Shown here: piece by piece, positions 48,720 through 63,424 of the stretch
Layout: every line of letters begins with the position of its first letter
Position numbering within the stretch: the stretch's first letter is position 1
Source: Macrostomum lignano
Lineage: Eukaryota
Assembly (NCBI GenBank): GCA_002269645.1
Contig: NIVC01001086.1
Coordinates: 1-64,000 of the forward strand
DNA: 64,000 nt
Reading direction: 5' to 3'
Notes under the pieces: generated by a model
Seen by the model: only the letters and a program-made list of their open reading frames with translations
Told to the model about the DNA's origin: nothing
Databases searched by the model: none
Program-made: the position numbers and the translations under genes

Positions 48720-51700
48720 TTACAGCTGAGTTTCCCGGTTGTACAGTACCGCACATGTCGGCCCACCGTCTTCGGCGACTCCGTCACCTGGGCGCTTTGC
48801 CCGACGTCGCCCTGGCGGTCGCTGTTGCATCACTTTCGAACCTGGCATCGGTACTGGCAGCAGCGGCGACGTAGGCCGCGGCGGAGGGGGCGGCGACTCC
48901 GCTGCCTGGGCGGAGATCATTCCGGCGTCACTGTTGGTGCCATCGAACCGGTTGCCGTAGGCACATCCAGTGTGGCCCAAGCTGCCTGCTGGTAGCGGCT
49001 GAGGAGGCGCTGCAGTGGGCGACATCAGCGGCATAGTTGACGCGTCGGGAAGCGGTGAGGCGGCAAGTGGCGGTGACTGAAGCTCTGTCCAGGGGTTCCC
49101 TGCTGAGCTGTTCTCAAAGTCGCGCCTCTGCCGCCGCCACTGGTGCGACTCTTGCAGCCGGGGCTGCTGATAGACATTCGGGTTTCTGCTGTGGTCAAAG
49201 TGGTTACCGAGCTTTCGGCTGCTGGCCAACAGGGCGAGCCGAGCCGGGTCGTTGGTTGCCCGCTCGGGGCTGTCGTGTGGGTCGCAGTGGTTCCCAGGAG
49301 CTGCCTCGGATCTGCCTCGGAGTTGCGACCTCTTCTGAGGCTGCTCCATTTTTAGTTCGATGGTGACGCCCCCGGCTAGGCGGCTCATCTTCCTCAATGC
49401 CGAGCGCATGTAGTAGGAAACTACTATGAGTAATATCTCGGCGAATTCGCACAGGGTGACCATAGAAACACCGATCCATAGTCCTGTGGGTTGTGTTCAG
49501 ACAGGCTATGCTAATACTCGTCGAAAATTGGCTTTCCTGCAAAGTTACCCCAGACTCACCCATGATGCCACCGAGATCGGAAAACAAATTGACCAGCTCG
49601 TAGCTTCTCTCTTCAAACAGCTGTCGCACCGTGAGCGTCTTTGGATAAACCCTGAGCTGCAGGAAGCTCTGACGAACAATGTCGTGCACGCGTTTGCACA
49701 GGGTGTCATTGTGGAACACGTTCAGCTTGGGATTCAGCTCGTCCTCCAGGCACTGGTGCAGATCGACGTTGTGAAGTGCGATTGAGTGATTGAGAGCGTG
49801 GTTTTGGCCCTGTTGTGAGTAAAAAAGGATCAAACAATGGACTGTCAAATGAATAGAAACTTTTATTTTTTCCAGAGATTTTAAAATTCAATCGCGAATA
49901 CCTTAAGAAGCTTTTTTAACACGTCCAGCCTGCCCTGAATCATCCTGGCGATGCGGGCCAGCCGAATCCTGGCTCCGCGAATGTCGAAGCCGAGGTCCGG
50001 CCAGCGGCTCTGGAACACTGAGAAGTCGTACGTAGTGTAGTTGCAGATGTTCAGGCACACCGACTGCTGCCGGCCGGACTTCAGCTTGGGTAGGGCGCAT
50101 TTCATCCGCCCGACTCGCTGACGAATGCTTGGAAATGTGTTCAGAAGTCTATCCGAGAGTTTCCTCAGCAGATCTCTATTCTTCTCCGAGGCATTTGTGT
50201 ACCTTTCTGATCGGATCACTCCTCTCTCCACCATTGCGTAGTTGTGCTCCTGCTGATCTTTCTCGAGGAACTGCATCACCTCGTCAAGCAGTTTGAGCAT
50301 CTTCTTTGGCTCCTGAGCCCCGAGGATGTCATTGCAGTAGTTTCTTTCCGGCTTGTCGCCCAGCTTGACCTTCAGCACGCCCTCTATGGTGCAGTGACAG
50401 TCGGTTCGAACACCGCTCATATGCTCGAAGGTTGTGCAGTCGGCCAGCTGATTCTCGTACGCCTGTGTCTTGCTGCAGGAAGGCAAGTTGAATGGGATGC
50501 TTTTGTGGCCTATACGAGCGTAAAGTGCTAATTTGGGATAGCAAGCAAGTATACAGACAGATAGAGACCATGGCAGATGGGAGTCTGTACAGACAGTGAC
50601 GTGAAACAGACGGATTACATGGCTAGAGACTCTGCTCTGTATTCTTATTAAAAAGAAATCAATATCGTGCGACGAAGAGTACTTGAGCATATAAAACATT
50701 GGAGCCTGGCAGTTTGTCACACGTGAGTCATTTATTACGTAACACGGAACTCTCAAATCACCTGTCACCAAAGCGTCTGTACCTGCATTGCAATCCAATA
50801 GGCAAATTTCATCTCACGAGCCTGGGGGAGGGGTAAGATGGCGAAACGAAAAGCAAAAAGTTGGCAAAGCACTCCTCGCCGGTCCTCCCAGTCCCCATGA
50901 ATAAGAAATGCCACCCTGAGACCGAAAACCAGGGAATAAGGACGGAAGAAACAGGGACGACTCTGCAAAGTTCTCCCAGTCGATTTCTCCTGCCTTGATA
51001 CGCGATTTTTACTAACACTGCAGAAGAAGAAAAGATGCAAACTTGAGTCTAAAGGCGGTCCCTCGGGACGGACTTGGCGAGTCAATTTGGCGCAAACAAG
51101 CTTAACCATGACGAACCCGATGCAGCGGCCTGGTGAGCTGCACCTTCTTCTTTATGCCCAAAGCAAAAAACTACATGAGCACCCAATCTGGGCAGGGAAG
51201 AGCGATGAATTCAGGGCAGGGAAGGTGAGAAAATTGATTGAAATTTGCTGCGATGCCGCTGCAGTTGAAAGAGGATCGAGTAGGACTGGTTGTCCCACCG
51301 CCTGGGGTTAGTTCTTGTGATACAATCAGAATCGGGGCAAAGAAACTCGAAGATGATTACGTTTGCCTGGCGGTTGTCGCAGCTGTCTCAGCTGTTTTTC
51401 AGCTCCTCACCCCTTCTCTACTCTTCTGCGTATTTTTTGAGTTGTTTTCTTAACATCCGTTGCTCCTCTTTCGCCTCTCAAATACTTTAGCCCAAGAGGC
51501 GGGTTTTGCTTGATCAGCCGCTCCTACGACGTAATTAACTGAGATTGGACCCAGTGCCTGAATAGGAGGATCGATGTGGCGTTTCAGATGCAGAGAGACG
51601 ACCGTTTAAATGTGTGGGAAGCCAATGCCTGTTGAAGTTCGGCCTGTAAAAATGCGACGGCTCCACATTGCTTTAAGGAGCCGTAAAGGGTGAGCTTTGG

Positions 51701-54700
51701 AGCCAGTAGTGACTATCCAGCCATACGCTCGTATTGATTTAAACTTTGATTGGGTTTTTGTTCTCGGTAATTTTGTCTAAAACAAATAAAACACTACAAG
51801 GTTACGGAAAAATGTTGGAAATGTTTCATTAACATGAATTTTTAACATCGGATTACATAGCATGATATCTCAGCTGTTTCACTCACTTGAGCACGTGATC
51901 AAAGGCGTTGAACTTGTCTCGCGGTTCGCATCGCTTTGTCGGAGTGTTTGCCAGACTGGTCTGCACCTGGTTCAGCGCCAGAACGGTCTGCATCCCGCTG
52001 GGAGAATTGATGCCGTACTCGCTCGGGTAGGGTATCGTGTCCTGAAATATGTTGAAAAGTATACCAGGTTGTGCTGAGAGTATACCAGAAGTTTCTGAGA
52101 GGCGTTGAGTCAGTCAATGTAGGAGCAAACTTTGTTCGATTGGGTGAACGTCGATTTGTCCTGAACTGTCATAGGAACTGTCATAGGGTGTTACGGTCAT
52201 TGCACCTGCAATTTGTAACTGTTGAGTGACTGAAACTTTACAATGCTGGCCAACGTAAAATTTGCTCCTATGCAGCGGGATCCCCAATAGTGGACGCTGA
52301 TCCCCGGACGCTGATCTCCAGAATTAAAAATCCCCCAAGTGCAACCAGCCGCAAAAAAAGAGATTACGCCCGGGAACTTAAAAGACAAAATTTCGAACTT
52401 CACAACCAGTTTATAGCCTGGAATGAAATCATCCTTGGCTCCGATTCAATTTAAAAACGGGATTGCCCCAAATCCGTAAAAATCGCCCAGGGAAATCGCG
52501 GAGAGTGATGCTTTCTCATTTTCCTGTCGAACTCCTGGCCAACGCGGCCTGCAGCTCGCTACACACGGGGAAGATAATTTCCCACCGCAGTTCGCCTCCT
52601 CTGAAATCCTCATCAACTCTCCGCACTGGCCGGTGTAATTGCGAACTGACCCCCCTCCCGCCCGATTTCGTCAGCCCCAGGGTTGCGTGAACCGCCCGCC
52701 TGCCTGCCGGGGGAACTTTCCGGCCAAGCTGCCAATTAGGATAAATTTATTAAAGCTTCCCTGCCGAAGGCAACTGCTGGCTCACAATCCATCAATTGGC
52801 GCATCTGCCTTGTGTCGGCTATTTGCTGCCAAGCCCGAGAGAGAGACAGGTGAGACGCCAGTCCGCCATCCCGGCACGCAACGGACAGGTTTCTACTGGG
52901 TGCGTTGGAATTTCTGTTAACTAGCTGGTTAATCGTAGCTGCGGCAATCACGCCATTAGTTTCGGCTTGTTTGCGCAATCATACCATATAAGTTTATTCA
53001 GCCAACCTGCAGCATTGCGCTGACCGTAAGCCGAGGAACAACCCTATCTACCGAGTGACAACCCAATCTGTCGAAGGACAACTGGATCTGTCTAATGATT
53101 ACCTGTGCGAGCATTAAATACCAGGTAGCTTTGAGCAGCTGTCAAAGAATAGCAGCAACTACAAAAACAACAAGATACAACTCGCGCCAGGAACGAGTGG
53201 CCACAGAGAGGGGGAGGTGTCAGAATGCTCGCCTTTGGGCCGCACTCCTAAAAAAGTCAGCTCCCCAGTCAGAGTCAGAACGGGGGCTCGCGCCTCCCTC
53301 AGAAGCAGCTCGAGGTAGCGCTTCGTTTGCCTTTGGCCTCGTCTCCGTGGGCCCTGCGCCGTCCACAATAGTAGGTCGTGTAACGGCTCGCGACAGGGAC
53401 TCTCCGACCGCATGACGTGGCCAGCCAGCCTGAGTCAGAGGGCTACGTTAGACGGGCTCTACCCTAGCGTGGCCTCCAGCTGCATCTCCAGAGCATCCGT
53501 CAGGGTCCAGGTCCCAGCATTGTAGAGCAGAACAACCTCGACGACTGCCCCAAGCAGCTGAGACCTGGTTCTGTCATCCAGAGCCTCAGATCGCAGCACC
53601 GAGTGCACCTACAAGCTAGCGTAAGGCAGCCCAGGATCGAAATCGCTCAAATCGAGCATATTTGAATTGTTTTCAGATTTATGAGCTAGCAAAAAGGTGC
53701 TTGATTCCCTATGCAAGTCTATGCTGTCGAGTACACAAAAAACTCAGTCTGCAGTTGCCCGCACTCCGCACTCGGTCCCCAAAGCCAAACCCTAGAAAAC
53801 TTGGATTTCTCAATAATCCACCGGCTCAATAGATAAATGAAGCTATTGGCCGCTAAGTTTAAACAAATACAGTTTTTCGACATCATTTTTTAGACAAGAT
53901 TTGTGTGGCCCAAGGGACCAACAGCAAGTGTCGGAGAGAAGCCACGGGCTTAACAGATGCGGCCGTCATAAATCATTCAGGAGCCACTTCTAACAATCAA
54001 TCCAGCCAAAGTGTGGAGTGCTTCACTTGATAATATCGCCCAGGAATAGCTCTATCTTCCCGCTCGTGCTAAAGCAAGTTTGGAAACAGTATAGAGCCTA
54101 GCGATTGAAAATTTATGGATCCCCATTAAAAATCAACTCGCTCCTCTGCACCCGACAGTTGCTAATCCTTGATCTGTCGGTGGACAAACCCGGTAGGGGG
54201 ATTTTCCGTCTGACAGAGAAGAATTAGTGGGAGGAGCTTCGGAGAAAAATCGCTCATAAGCTGTCTGGCACGCGGGAGCTGACGGATTACACAGTTTGCT
54301 CAGCGGGCGATCAGCTCGCCCCGCCCTCCCAGGCCGAGACGGGGCGCTCAGAGGCGGAGCGGGACACCCCACTGACAGGAAGGTAAACAATGTTGAACCA
54401 CTTGTCCTATTTCTCAATTTTTACTGCAAAAAGTTACCCGAGCAAACCCAGAAGCTGAGGAACACCTGGGGAATTATAGAAGCCTGAACTAGATTTTCGC
54501 ATCGTGCGATCCCAGTTGGTGCACGTTCCATCCTGATGCAAAGCTGATGGACAAACCAAGTGGCCTGTGGTAGCTGCACCTCTCAGACTATGGTTTATTC
54601 TGGATTCCCTTTGATTGGGATCCTCAATGCAACATGTGGACGACATCTGAATCAGACAGAACGTCCGGCTCTATACTTCACTGGAATAAGTCTGGGAATA

Positions 54701-57700
54701 ATACCATTAGAGTTTTCTGATGGCATCTGGGCAGCCGTTTCTGGCGCCTGTCTATTTCGCGTACTTTTCAGCAATAATTTATGCAGAAATATGTTGAGAC
54801 AGATTCGGAAGCAACAATCACGTGATGGCCTGGAAGCGTCTGGCGATTGCTGACACCCCAAGATCCCATCGGATGAACTAAATCAGATTGCAGTGACATG
54901 TTGCACCTCAGCAACACCTCAGACCTCCCTTGTGCACTTTTCAGAGCTATCTTACCCATGGAATGATGCTCCAGTACCCACAGCCACATTATAAAGATCG
55001 AACGTATACGAGCGTACTGTCCCTAAAATTCAGCCACATAAGTTTTTCTCTGTGGTAAGTTTTTAGAAACTGTAAAGCCCTAGCATGTCACTGGTTTGTT
55101 TTTAAATTTCAACCCGGGAACTATTGGGCGTCAAGGATCTGTTCTATACCCTGTTTAATGCAGCGGGGAAGTCTTACCGAACAGAAAAGTGACTGCTCGC
55201 TGTTCCGTTGGCATCGTTTTAAGCAGGCTACTCTACAGTCGCTGAGGTGAGAGAGTCAGGTAGGCCCCTTATAGTGACCCAGTGCTCAGTCAGCTGCCAT
55301 TTTACTGCATATCCCCCGCTCTCTCCCGGTTAAAACTCAAGGCGCTGACAGCCCCAATTCGTGAGGAACTCTTAAGAGGTCGATAGTGGACGACTTATTT
55401 TCAAGATGCATCCCTTCCACACTGGCCAACAGCAGTGACCTCGAGATTTTTTACGATAAATGAATTTGAACGGTGATAGCAAATCCCCTGGCCTTCTCGT
55501 AGTAATTTTCCGTAATGAGGATTTCGGAAGAAATTTCCTCCTCTTCAATATAATGATACCGGTAAGAGCCGAATTGCCGGTCCCTCGGGGCAGCAGCCGC
55601 ACCCGGCTGGTGTACTTGCTTCCTTTTTGGCTTTGCATCGTTCCGCTGCTGCAATACCGATTCCTTCGATGCCAAATAGGCGGTGCAATCTATAGGAATT
55701 GCTTCTGGGTCGGGTTTGATTTCCCGTACTTTGCAAAAGCCGCCGATGCCCTCGGCCCGCTAGGCTGCTCCTCTTGCATTCCGTGACCATTAGCTTTGGG
55801 ATAATGAAAGCTAGCACTCACCCTCTCCTACACCCTGCTGCATTCCCCTCACACAACGGGAGGCAAACATGCTTAAAACCAAGAGCAACCGAGCCGCTCG
55901 GGCTTCAAAGAGGCCTCCTCCGACCGTCAGTGCAAGACAAACAGAGCAGAAGCGGAGCTGGACTTGAGGCAAAGAAGTGGCCCCCCGGGAGAACTTGCGA
56001 AAGGCATCACTGCAAACAGACGCAGCACACTTGACTTTGAGTGTCATGCGAGGCAACTACAGAAGACCACTGACCTGAAAATTTGCAAGGAAGTCGCACG
56101 AATACTAAGACTGCGGCGCGGTGTTTGACGTCCTTTAATGAGAAAACCTGGCACAAATTCTTTCTCAAATTCAGGTATAAATACCAGTCATTCAGACACA
56201 AGTAAATCGATAGTTGAAAGCCTAAAATTTCCTAATTTTTGAGTTTTATCAATATGTTTGATAAAACTCAAAGTAAAAAACTATACTTTGATAGAAAATT
56301 TGAGTAGCGGAAAATACGTCCTCTCCAATCCAAGCAATTTCCTGCATCTCCTAGAAATGCAGGAAGCTTCCTAATGAGTTGCCCCCCTGCTATGCGATGA
56401 TGTTTCCTGCCGAGCACGTACTCAGTGCCTGAAAAACTAATAGTCAAATTTTAATTTCAACTTATTCTAGTCATTAGTAAAAGCAGTTGCGGGCTTAGCT
56501 ATCTCTTCTATCAGGGAGACTTCTAAAAGATAAGCGAAAAAAATAAGTGAAACAGTGCGACATCACAGTACCGCTGTCACTAAAGCCGCCTGCCATTCAC
56601 ATCAATGACAGCAGCTTTAAAGTGTAAAGCGGCGGAAGCGGCAGCTGAGCCACACGAACTCTCAGCTCTGCATAGCAGCAACCCATCAACTGCAGCTGGG
56701 CAAAGCAGTGCACTTCTCCGTCTCCACTAAGTCAAATGCGCAGAAGTGGCCCCAAAATGAGAGTTGGCCGCATTGAGACCGCCGAGACCTGATCTCCCCT
56801 GTCAGCCTTAACAACTTCGCTCCGCCTAACTAGACGGATGGCCAGCCTGTGCTCTTGTCCGAAAATGCAAATTGATGTTCGCGCGCCCGCTGTGAGAATT
56901 TCTGGCCGCGGGCCCGGAGATAATCGGCCGAATTGCCAATGCCAGTAATGGGTGTTTTCCTCTCCCTTGAGCTAATTGCCTCATTGACTCCAACAGATTC
57001 GCAATCAGTTCGCTCAGCAGCGGCTGATACCAGCAAAGTGTCAAGAATTCCCTCTCACAGTTGAGCAAGTGAAACACATTTTTTTAACTCACCTCCTGGT
57101 GCACAACGACTCTTAGACCGCCAGTCTCGAGGCCCGTAGTGACCGTGTCACTGTAGAAATCATTATTCTGGATGATGTCCACACTTGGGCTGTATAGAAC
57201 CAGCACTAGGCCCTTTTCCACACCGCTTGATTTCATATATCTGTTGCTGGCCTTGAAGGAGAAGCAATTGCCATAGTCTCTGTGGTAGAATACTGTGAAG
57301 TTCTCCTCGGAGCAGGGTTCCTGGTTGTACTGGCAGTACACCAGCATGTCCAGGATCCGTGCGCTCACTTGGGTCATGTTAAATATCGGCCAGGTGTGCA
57401 CGGCGTGCTCGAAACCTGAGTAGGCCAACTTCATCGCCCTCACGCGACTGTCCTCAGGCTTGTCTTCGTTTCTTGCAAAGCTGTAGCCGAGAATGAAGTT
57501 CAAAGCGAAATAGTTTTTTATCATTTTGTTTCCGCTGTAAAGCTGCTGGGACGACATTGTGAAGAACTTCTTCATGAGAGGATCGCAGAATGTCACATCT
57601 GGGAATGAAAATCGATTAGTGAGCAAGCGTGTTGTGCTGGACACGGGGTAGTCACGGAACAGGCTGATCTGCTTGTACGTGTGCATGGTGAGGCCGGTCA

Positions 57701-57956
57701 ATGCGCCGAGCACCACCAGGCACCACAGCATCCGTAACCATGGTATTTGCTGAGAAAAGAAGCGACCGAGTCCGTGAGCCGAAGTCTTGTGCGCGAATGT
57801 GTGCACATTGGCGTAGAGCAGCCGCCGGCGGTACCGGCTTTGGTAGGCGGCCTGCTGTTTCTCGTTCACGTCCACAGACTCTTGGGCTAACGCAGCCTCC
57901 AGACTCGAGTGGCCTGTCGAAGAACCAATGCCTTTCTTGAACTGGCCGTCCTCCAT
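48720..57956 (-). CDS. DEG/ENaC channel subunit, FaNaC-like; exons 57956-57093, 52041-51887, 50509-49902, 49809-49560, 49483-48720; about 880 aa
   Basis: Pre-TM1 TSAHG, TM1, FPDVTFC, YGNCFSF, GLRVVVH, SRWP, and TM2 LFSDLGGIMGLWIGVSMVTL. The exon 2/3 junction is off by one base (an indel, a weak alternative acceptor or a missed small exon). Confidence 0.9.
53464..53636 (-). mobile_element. Degenerate fragment of an RTE-like non-LTR retrotransposon in DEG/ENaC intron 1
   Basis: Minus strand gives WAALR*L, then HSVLRSEALDDRTRSQLLGAVVEVVLLYNAGTWTLTDALEMQLE, resembling the post-RT LLYGxETWTLT motif of RTE-clade LINEs. Confidence 0.55.
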
Positions 57957-60908
57957 CTCACCGATGGCTGGTCTGCGTAATGCTGAATTTATTTTAGGTT
58001 TCTGTTGCTTCTTATTGAAGCTGCAAGTAAATGCGGCTCAGGGCCATTCCGGTGAAAGAACACAGTTTTTGAGGTCAGCAGTGCCTAAAAAAGGTTTCTG
58101 GGTGAGTTTTCTATCTGTCAATGAGGTTTTAAGCAAGACTTGGAGTGCGTCTGAGCAGAGAACCGAGCGGGCACAACCGTCTGCAAGTTTCCCACGCGAG
58201 TGTCTTAATGCGCTTTTCCGCTTAAAGCAACTCTCCCAAAGCAGTGGGCGATTCTCATTGGCCGCAACGCTTGCAGACGGATCGGTGGTCTGATTCGGTC
58301 GGCCAGTGGAAGCGATTGCAGGTGTTGGCTGCATCCTTGAAAGAAAGTTGCTTTTTGGCCGGAATCTCTAAGAGACGCTCTGTTTTATTCCGTTAACAGA
58401 CCAGCCGACACCGCCACGGCCCTGTCTGATCGACAGTTTCATCCCACTAGGAAGGATGAACCTCTCCAAACACAAGATCACGGACAAGACAGACAGAGCT
58501 GTGGCTGATTCACCGGGATTGTCTGTGATGCAGGGCGGCCGGAGGGGACAAACAGAAATCGATGCCACTCGTATGTCCGCACGCTTGCCGATGTCAGCTG
58601 GGAGCGGCGACATGGCCAGAGCTTTTTCTGTGTTTTTCCTGCCCTGAGCTCGAGCAATCAATTTATTCCTTCATCTTTGCACCCGCCTCCCCCGAACTAT
58701 AGAAAGTTGTTTCAGCTTCCAGCCGTAGGATGGAGCTGACGATTTTCATATAGACGCTGCAGACGAGGAACGAACAATTTCTTTGGCGTAGTTTTCAGCT
58801 TCCAAAGCGAAATTTCAGGAAGCTTAAAATGCGTGATAAGCCCCTGCACTTTAAACTCGTTCTATGGGTTCTTGTGCCTGCCTGTCTGAATAAACTGTTT
58901 CAAATTAATCAGCACTCTGCGTCCTCTTATTGATCGAAATTCGACCGAGTAGGTTTGCTCGGGGAGACATCCTCGGGGTTAGAGCGGATGATTGAGACTG
59001 TCCTCACTATTAAGGTAGGGAATTCTGCATTAATCGTATTGGTAGCATATAGCATTCAATGCCAAGCAGTATCGCTTTCAATCGCGTGTCTCGTAAGTGA
59101 TTACTAGTATATTGTTTTCCTGTATTATTTGTCACACAGGTAGCCTTTGTGTTTTACAATCTACAGTGTAGGAAATCTATAAAAAATCTTTCGGTTTTCC
59201 CAGGTTTCTAAAGTTCGTAACCTTGAATTTTAACGTTACCGGAGAGTTTTTTAATGTCCACGCTAATTACGTTCAGCAACAGAGTCGGGAGTGTGTGATA
59301 TTCGAAGAGTTTGCAGCTTCAACTATCCTCAGAGCGTCTGGACTTTTAAGCATCTTGGAAGGGCTAACCTATGCCGAACCAGGCAGAGGAAGTAATGCTA
59401 ATCAATAAGGCGAACATTGCTGATTAGCTGCTCTTGAGCTATTAGGAATATCTTCATGCTTGGATGGCCAAACGTATGTTTTCCATCCCTCCAACTCCTA
59501 ATTGATGGGGACAATCAAAAGGCTGGTAAAAAATCGACAGGTCGAAGCAATCTGATTTGCCTGGACTTGAGACTGGAAATTTCTCTCTGGTACTCGCTCA
59601 CGGCCTGGCTCCCAGAACATCGAGTGCAGTGGTAAAAACTGGCATGGGATTTACAAAATTCGCTAAAGTTCAAGATGACTAAATGCAATATCGACTTTCC
59701 TCCAATTCCTAGTGCACACAGTCTTTATCGATGCAGCAGCTATGATGGCAACTTGTAACTGCTTTTTGGCTAACTACAACCGAAAAGATATATCACGATA
59801 AGCGGGAAATGCGAGCTGTAATTTTGGCGTTTTTGCAACCGGTACTAAATGTGCCATCCCCTCCATACTAAATGTCTAAATATTTACTAGATGCCATAGC
59901 ACAGGCCAGCGTAAACACAAGCACTCAGGGATGTGAGCCAAGATTAATTCCGGACGAACACGACTGTCTCTGTCTTTTGCACCGCTCCATTTTCTGTGCC
60001 AATTAGAAGGAAAATTGACTGGACAAATTAAATCAAGGCCCTTCGGTGGCGGACGGAGGCTGCAGCTGTGCAGGATACAAATCCCCTTGGCGGTCTCAAT
60101 TTGACCTCGGAAGAGACATTTTAGACAAATGTTGGGCACTAAAACAAATTGGATTAGTGCTGGTCTGGCCGGATGGAACCAATCTGAATGTCTCAAGGAT
60201 ATGCAGTGAGAGCATTGATGTGTTATTTTGGCTGCATGCTTTCAGTCTCTTATTGGTTGATTTATTTATTTTCCTTTTTAACTTTAAATTAAAAAAAGTT
60301 ATATTACTATGTAAATAGTTGATGAATAAAACTTTGAGCTGCATGGAGTACAACAATTCATAGTGTGGCTACTAATGCTGAATTTTGCATTCCGAATGCC
60401 AGCAGCTATTCTCTCTCCTTCTCGCTCCCCTCTCTTACCCTGCCTCCGTGCACATTAGGCATGCAAAAGTGGGCTGAGAAGCATCGGCAACTAAGCAACC
60501 CTAGTAGACTGCCACCGCCCCAATGAGCACTCTGAGGCTTGAGTCAACCTACCCCCAAACGGAGTCAACGAGGTTTGGTCGGTTAATTGAGGGCCATTTT
60601 TAGGGGCAGTCAGCCGGCAGAGACTCAGGCGCACAATGGTTGGGCTGTACAATAAGCCTTCCCCCGTTATTCTCTATGCACTTGCTTCTCCACTCTTCTC
60701 TTCTTTTGTTGCCATGCCAACCAGATGCGTCTTCCAACCTCCCAATTGGCGCGCTTTTTTCAATCTCTCTCTCTCTTTTTAGTTTTAATAGCTGTACAAG
60801 AGCCATATTCTCTTTTAAAAGAAATTCATCTTTGAACTGAGTGTCTAACTGCAATTTCTGTCAGCTGAAATAGTTCGCTCACTCCAGGAGAGCACAGACT
60901 GAGCAGCC

Positions 60909-63107
60909 ATGCAGCGCGAAGCAACAGGCGTTCTATTCAGCTACTTCAACAAGAGGTAAGCGATGCTGTTTGGCAGATATGCCGCGTGTTCGGCATGTTC
61001 GTTTATCACAGGCTCTGATCGGTCGGGAACTGTTACTATAAACCGTGCAGTCAGGTCAGAACCAGTCGAAAGCACTAGAAAAATAACCTTAAAAATCGGC
61101 GTTTTCGCCGGGGTAGAAAAAACATTTCCGCCAGCGAAGTCTCCCAGGCTTGCGCGGCCGCCTACAAAGTTGGCCTATAAAGAGCAACTAGGGGGTTGAT
61201 TCATATTTTCCTTTAAATGATCCACTTGACCTTTTTCCAATTCTAGCCTGCTTGTTGGCTCTGGATTATAGCCTCGCAGGGGGAATAGCAGGGAGCAGTG
61301 GTCAGCGAAAGTGGGTCCGCTAAACCCAAACTTTGATCAGGCAAAACCTGCCGACCAAAGACATGCTCCAGTAACCCCTGCTCGGCACTGCAGGTGAGTG
61401 TCGCAACCAGAATTCGGTACTTTAAATGGGAATGGTGGTCACGATTAAGAAAAAACATCTAACGATTGATCCGACCTAGCGAATCTACGAATGACATATG
61501 ACAGTTTAGCGGAACATTTTTGTTCTGTTTCGATAATAGACCTTCAATGGAACTCTTGGCATGATAACTAGCCCGGTCCCCTTTCCAGCCAGTACCATGA
61601 GCGTTGCGTGCCAGCTCAGTCAACTCAGGCGGCGGCCGCGGCGGCTGAGAAGCCGCTGACCAGCGCCGAGCTGCGAAAAATGGACGCCGTCGGTCAGGAC
61701 AAAGTCTGGCGGCAGTACGTGGAGAACGAGAGCCGGCACAACAAGCAGTGGTGAGAGTCCGTTTTAGGTGGCATTCACGCATCCTTGATTACCACAGCCT
61801 ACATCATCCATATCACTATGATTTGCGATTCCGCAAGGCTTTGTACAGCCTTGACTCTGAGCTTTGGTTTTACCTGAAGTTAGTTGGCCTAATATCAAGT
61901 CTTGGACGCACGTAGAGGTGTCCGAAAATCCAATCACCCAGGTCACTCAACCATAGACGAGTATTGTGACCCAAGGGCGCAGCCAGGATTTTTTATTTTA
62001 TTGGAGAGGCCAATTTAGTTGTCGGGGAACTGCAAAAATTGGAAATAGAAATGCAAAACCTGCTTTAAAAGGCGCCAAATCAGCGGGTTTCCATACTTTT
62101 TTACCCCCCCCCCCTCTTGGCTACATGTACGTCTCTGTTCCAAGCACACATGGAATCGAACTTTGGCCCACAAGATCGTGATAACCTACCCTTATTTCAA
62201 ATCTAACCATCCATCAATTATTTTGTTCGAATTTCAGGGAGCAAAACTGGGGCTTCATGGCGGAGTTCGATCAAAAGGTAAGAAATCTCAAAGCATCTCA
62301 GATTCTCAATAGTTCAATGTTTTAGTTGCGAGAGTGAGGTTCTAGGAATTCACTTCTCTGAGCACGGAGTCCTGAGCAGTTTAGTCTCTAAGCATGGGGT
62401 CCTGAGCACGTAGTCTCTGAGCATGGGATCTTGAGCATTTTAGTCTCTGAGCATGGGATCCTGAGCAGTTTAGTCCCTGAGCATGAAATCCTGAGCATTT
62501 TAGTCTCTGAGCACGGAGTCCTGAGCAGTTTAGTCTCTGAGCATGGGGTCCTGAGCACTTTAGTCTCTGAGCATGGGATCCTGAGCATTTTAGTCTCTAA
62601 GCATGGGATCCTGAGCAGTTTAGTCCCTGAGCATGGAATCCTGAGCATTTTAGTCTCTGAGCATGGGGTCCTGAGCATTTTAGTCTCTGAGCATGGGATC
62701 CTGAGCAGTTTAGTCCCTGAGCATGGAATCCTGAGCATTTTGGTCTCTGAGCATGGGGTCCTGAGCATGTTAAATATAAAAGAATACATGTTGTGACTTT
62801 GGATGATATAAAAGTCAATATAAGTTGAGCGAGTCAATGGAATTTTTAAAAAGCTATTGTAAAAGGATAAAATTAGCACAATCAGACTTCGAATCCCATT
62901 AAACTCAACCCGCAGGGTAACAAGAAGGAGCGCAAGGTGCTTGCAGAGGAGTCCACCGTTTTCTCAACCAGCTTCCCGAACACGGACGCCGGGAACTACG
63001 GGCACCGGGTGAACACGGCCACTGGCCAGCGGTTGATGGAAATGCAGAGAAAATTTGACGCCGCCAACAAGAGGTCCAAGCCGGACAAGGATATTGTGTG
63101 CTACTGA
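60909..63107 (+). CDS. C2orf50: C2orf50/CIMIP5-like ciliary microtubule inner protein; exons 60909-60955, 61589-61750, 62238-62277, 62916-63107; 146 aa
   Basis: QDKVWRQYVENESRHNKQWEQNWGFMAEFDQKGNKKE...FSTSFPNTDAGNYGHRVNTATGQRLMEM parallels C2orf50 as I recall it (QDQLWRE..EAE..W.QNWSFL..YDPMGNKKE...FS...P......G.R..T..G). All phases are compatible. Confidence 0.8.
62352..62770. repeat. 30-bp minisatellite CTGAGCATTTTAGTCTCTGAGCATGGGATC in C2orf50 intron 3
   Basis: About 14 units, period 30. Confidence 0.93.
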
Positions 63108-63424
63108 TGAGCTGTCCAGAGCCCTAAACAATTGAGCCTGTTTTTTTGTAAAATCGAACGATTTTTTTATCGCGAATATACTGTAACATATTATTTTTAA
63201 CTGCATTATTATTTGAAACATATCGTCTCATGGCCGAAGAGGCTTCGTGACCGAAAGTTTCAAACTGGTTTATGATTGTTTTTTTATTATTTTCGTCGCC
63301 AAACGTATATACTAACTGATCACGTGAAATTTTTTTAGTGAGCAAGAAGAGATTGGGGGGGGTGAGTGTGCAAAGCAATGGATGGGTCAGCCTTCTACGA
63401 GACCTAAAAGAGGGGTCTATGAGA

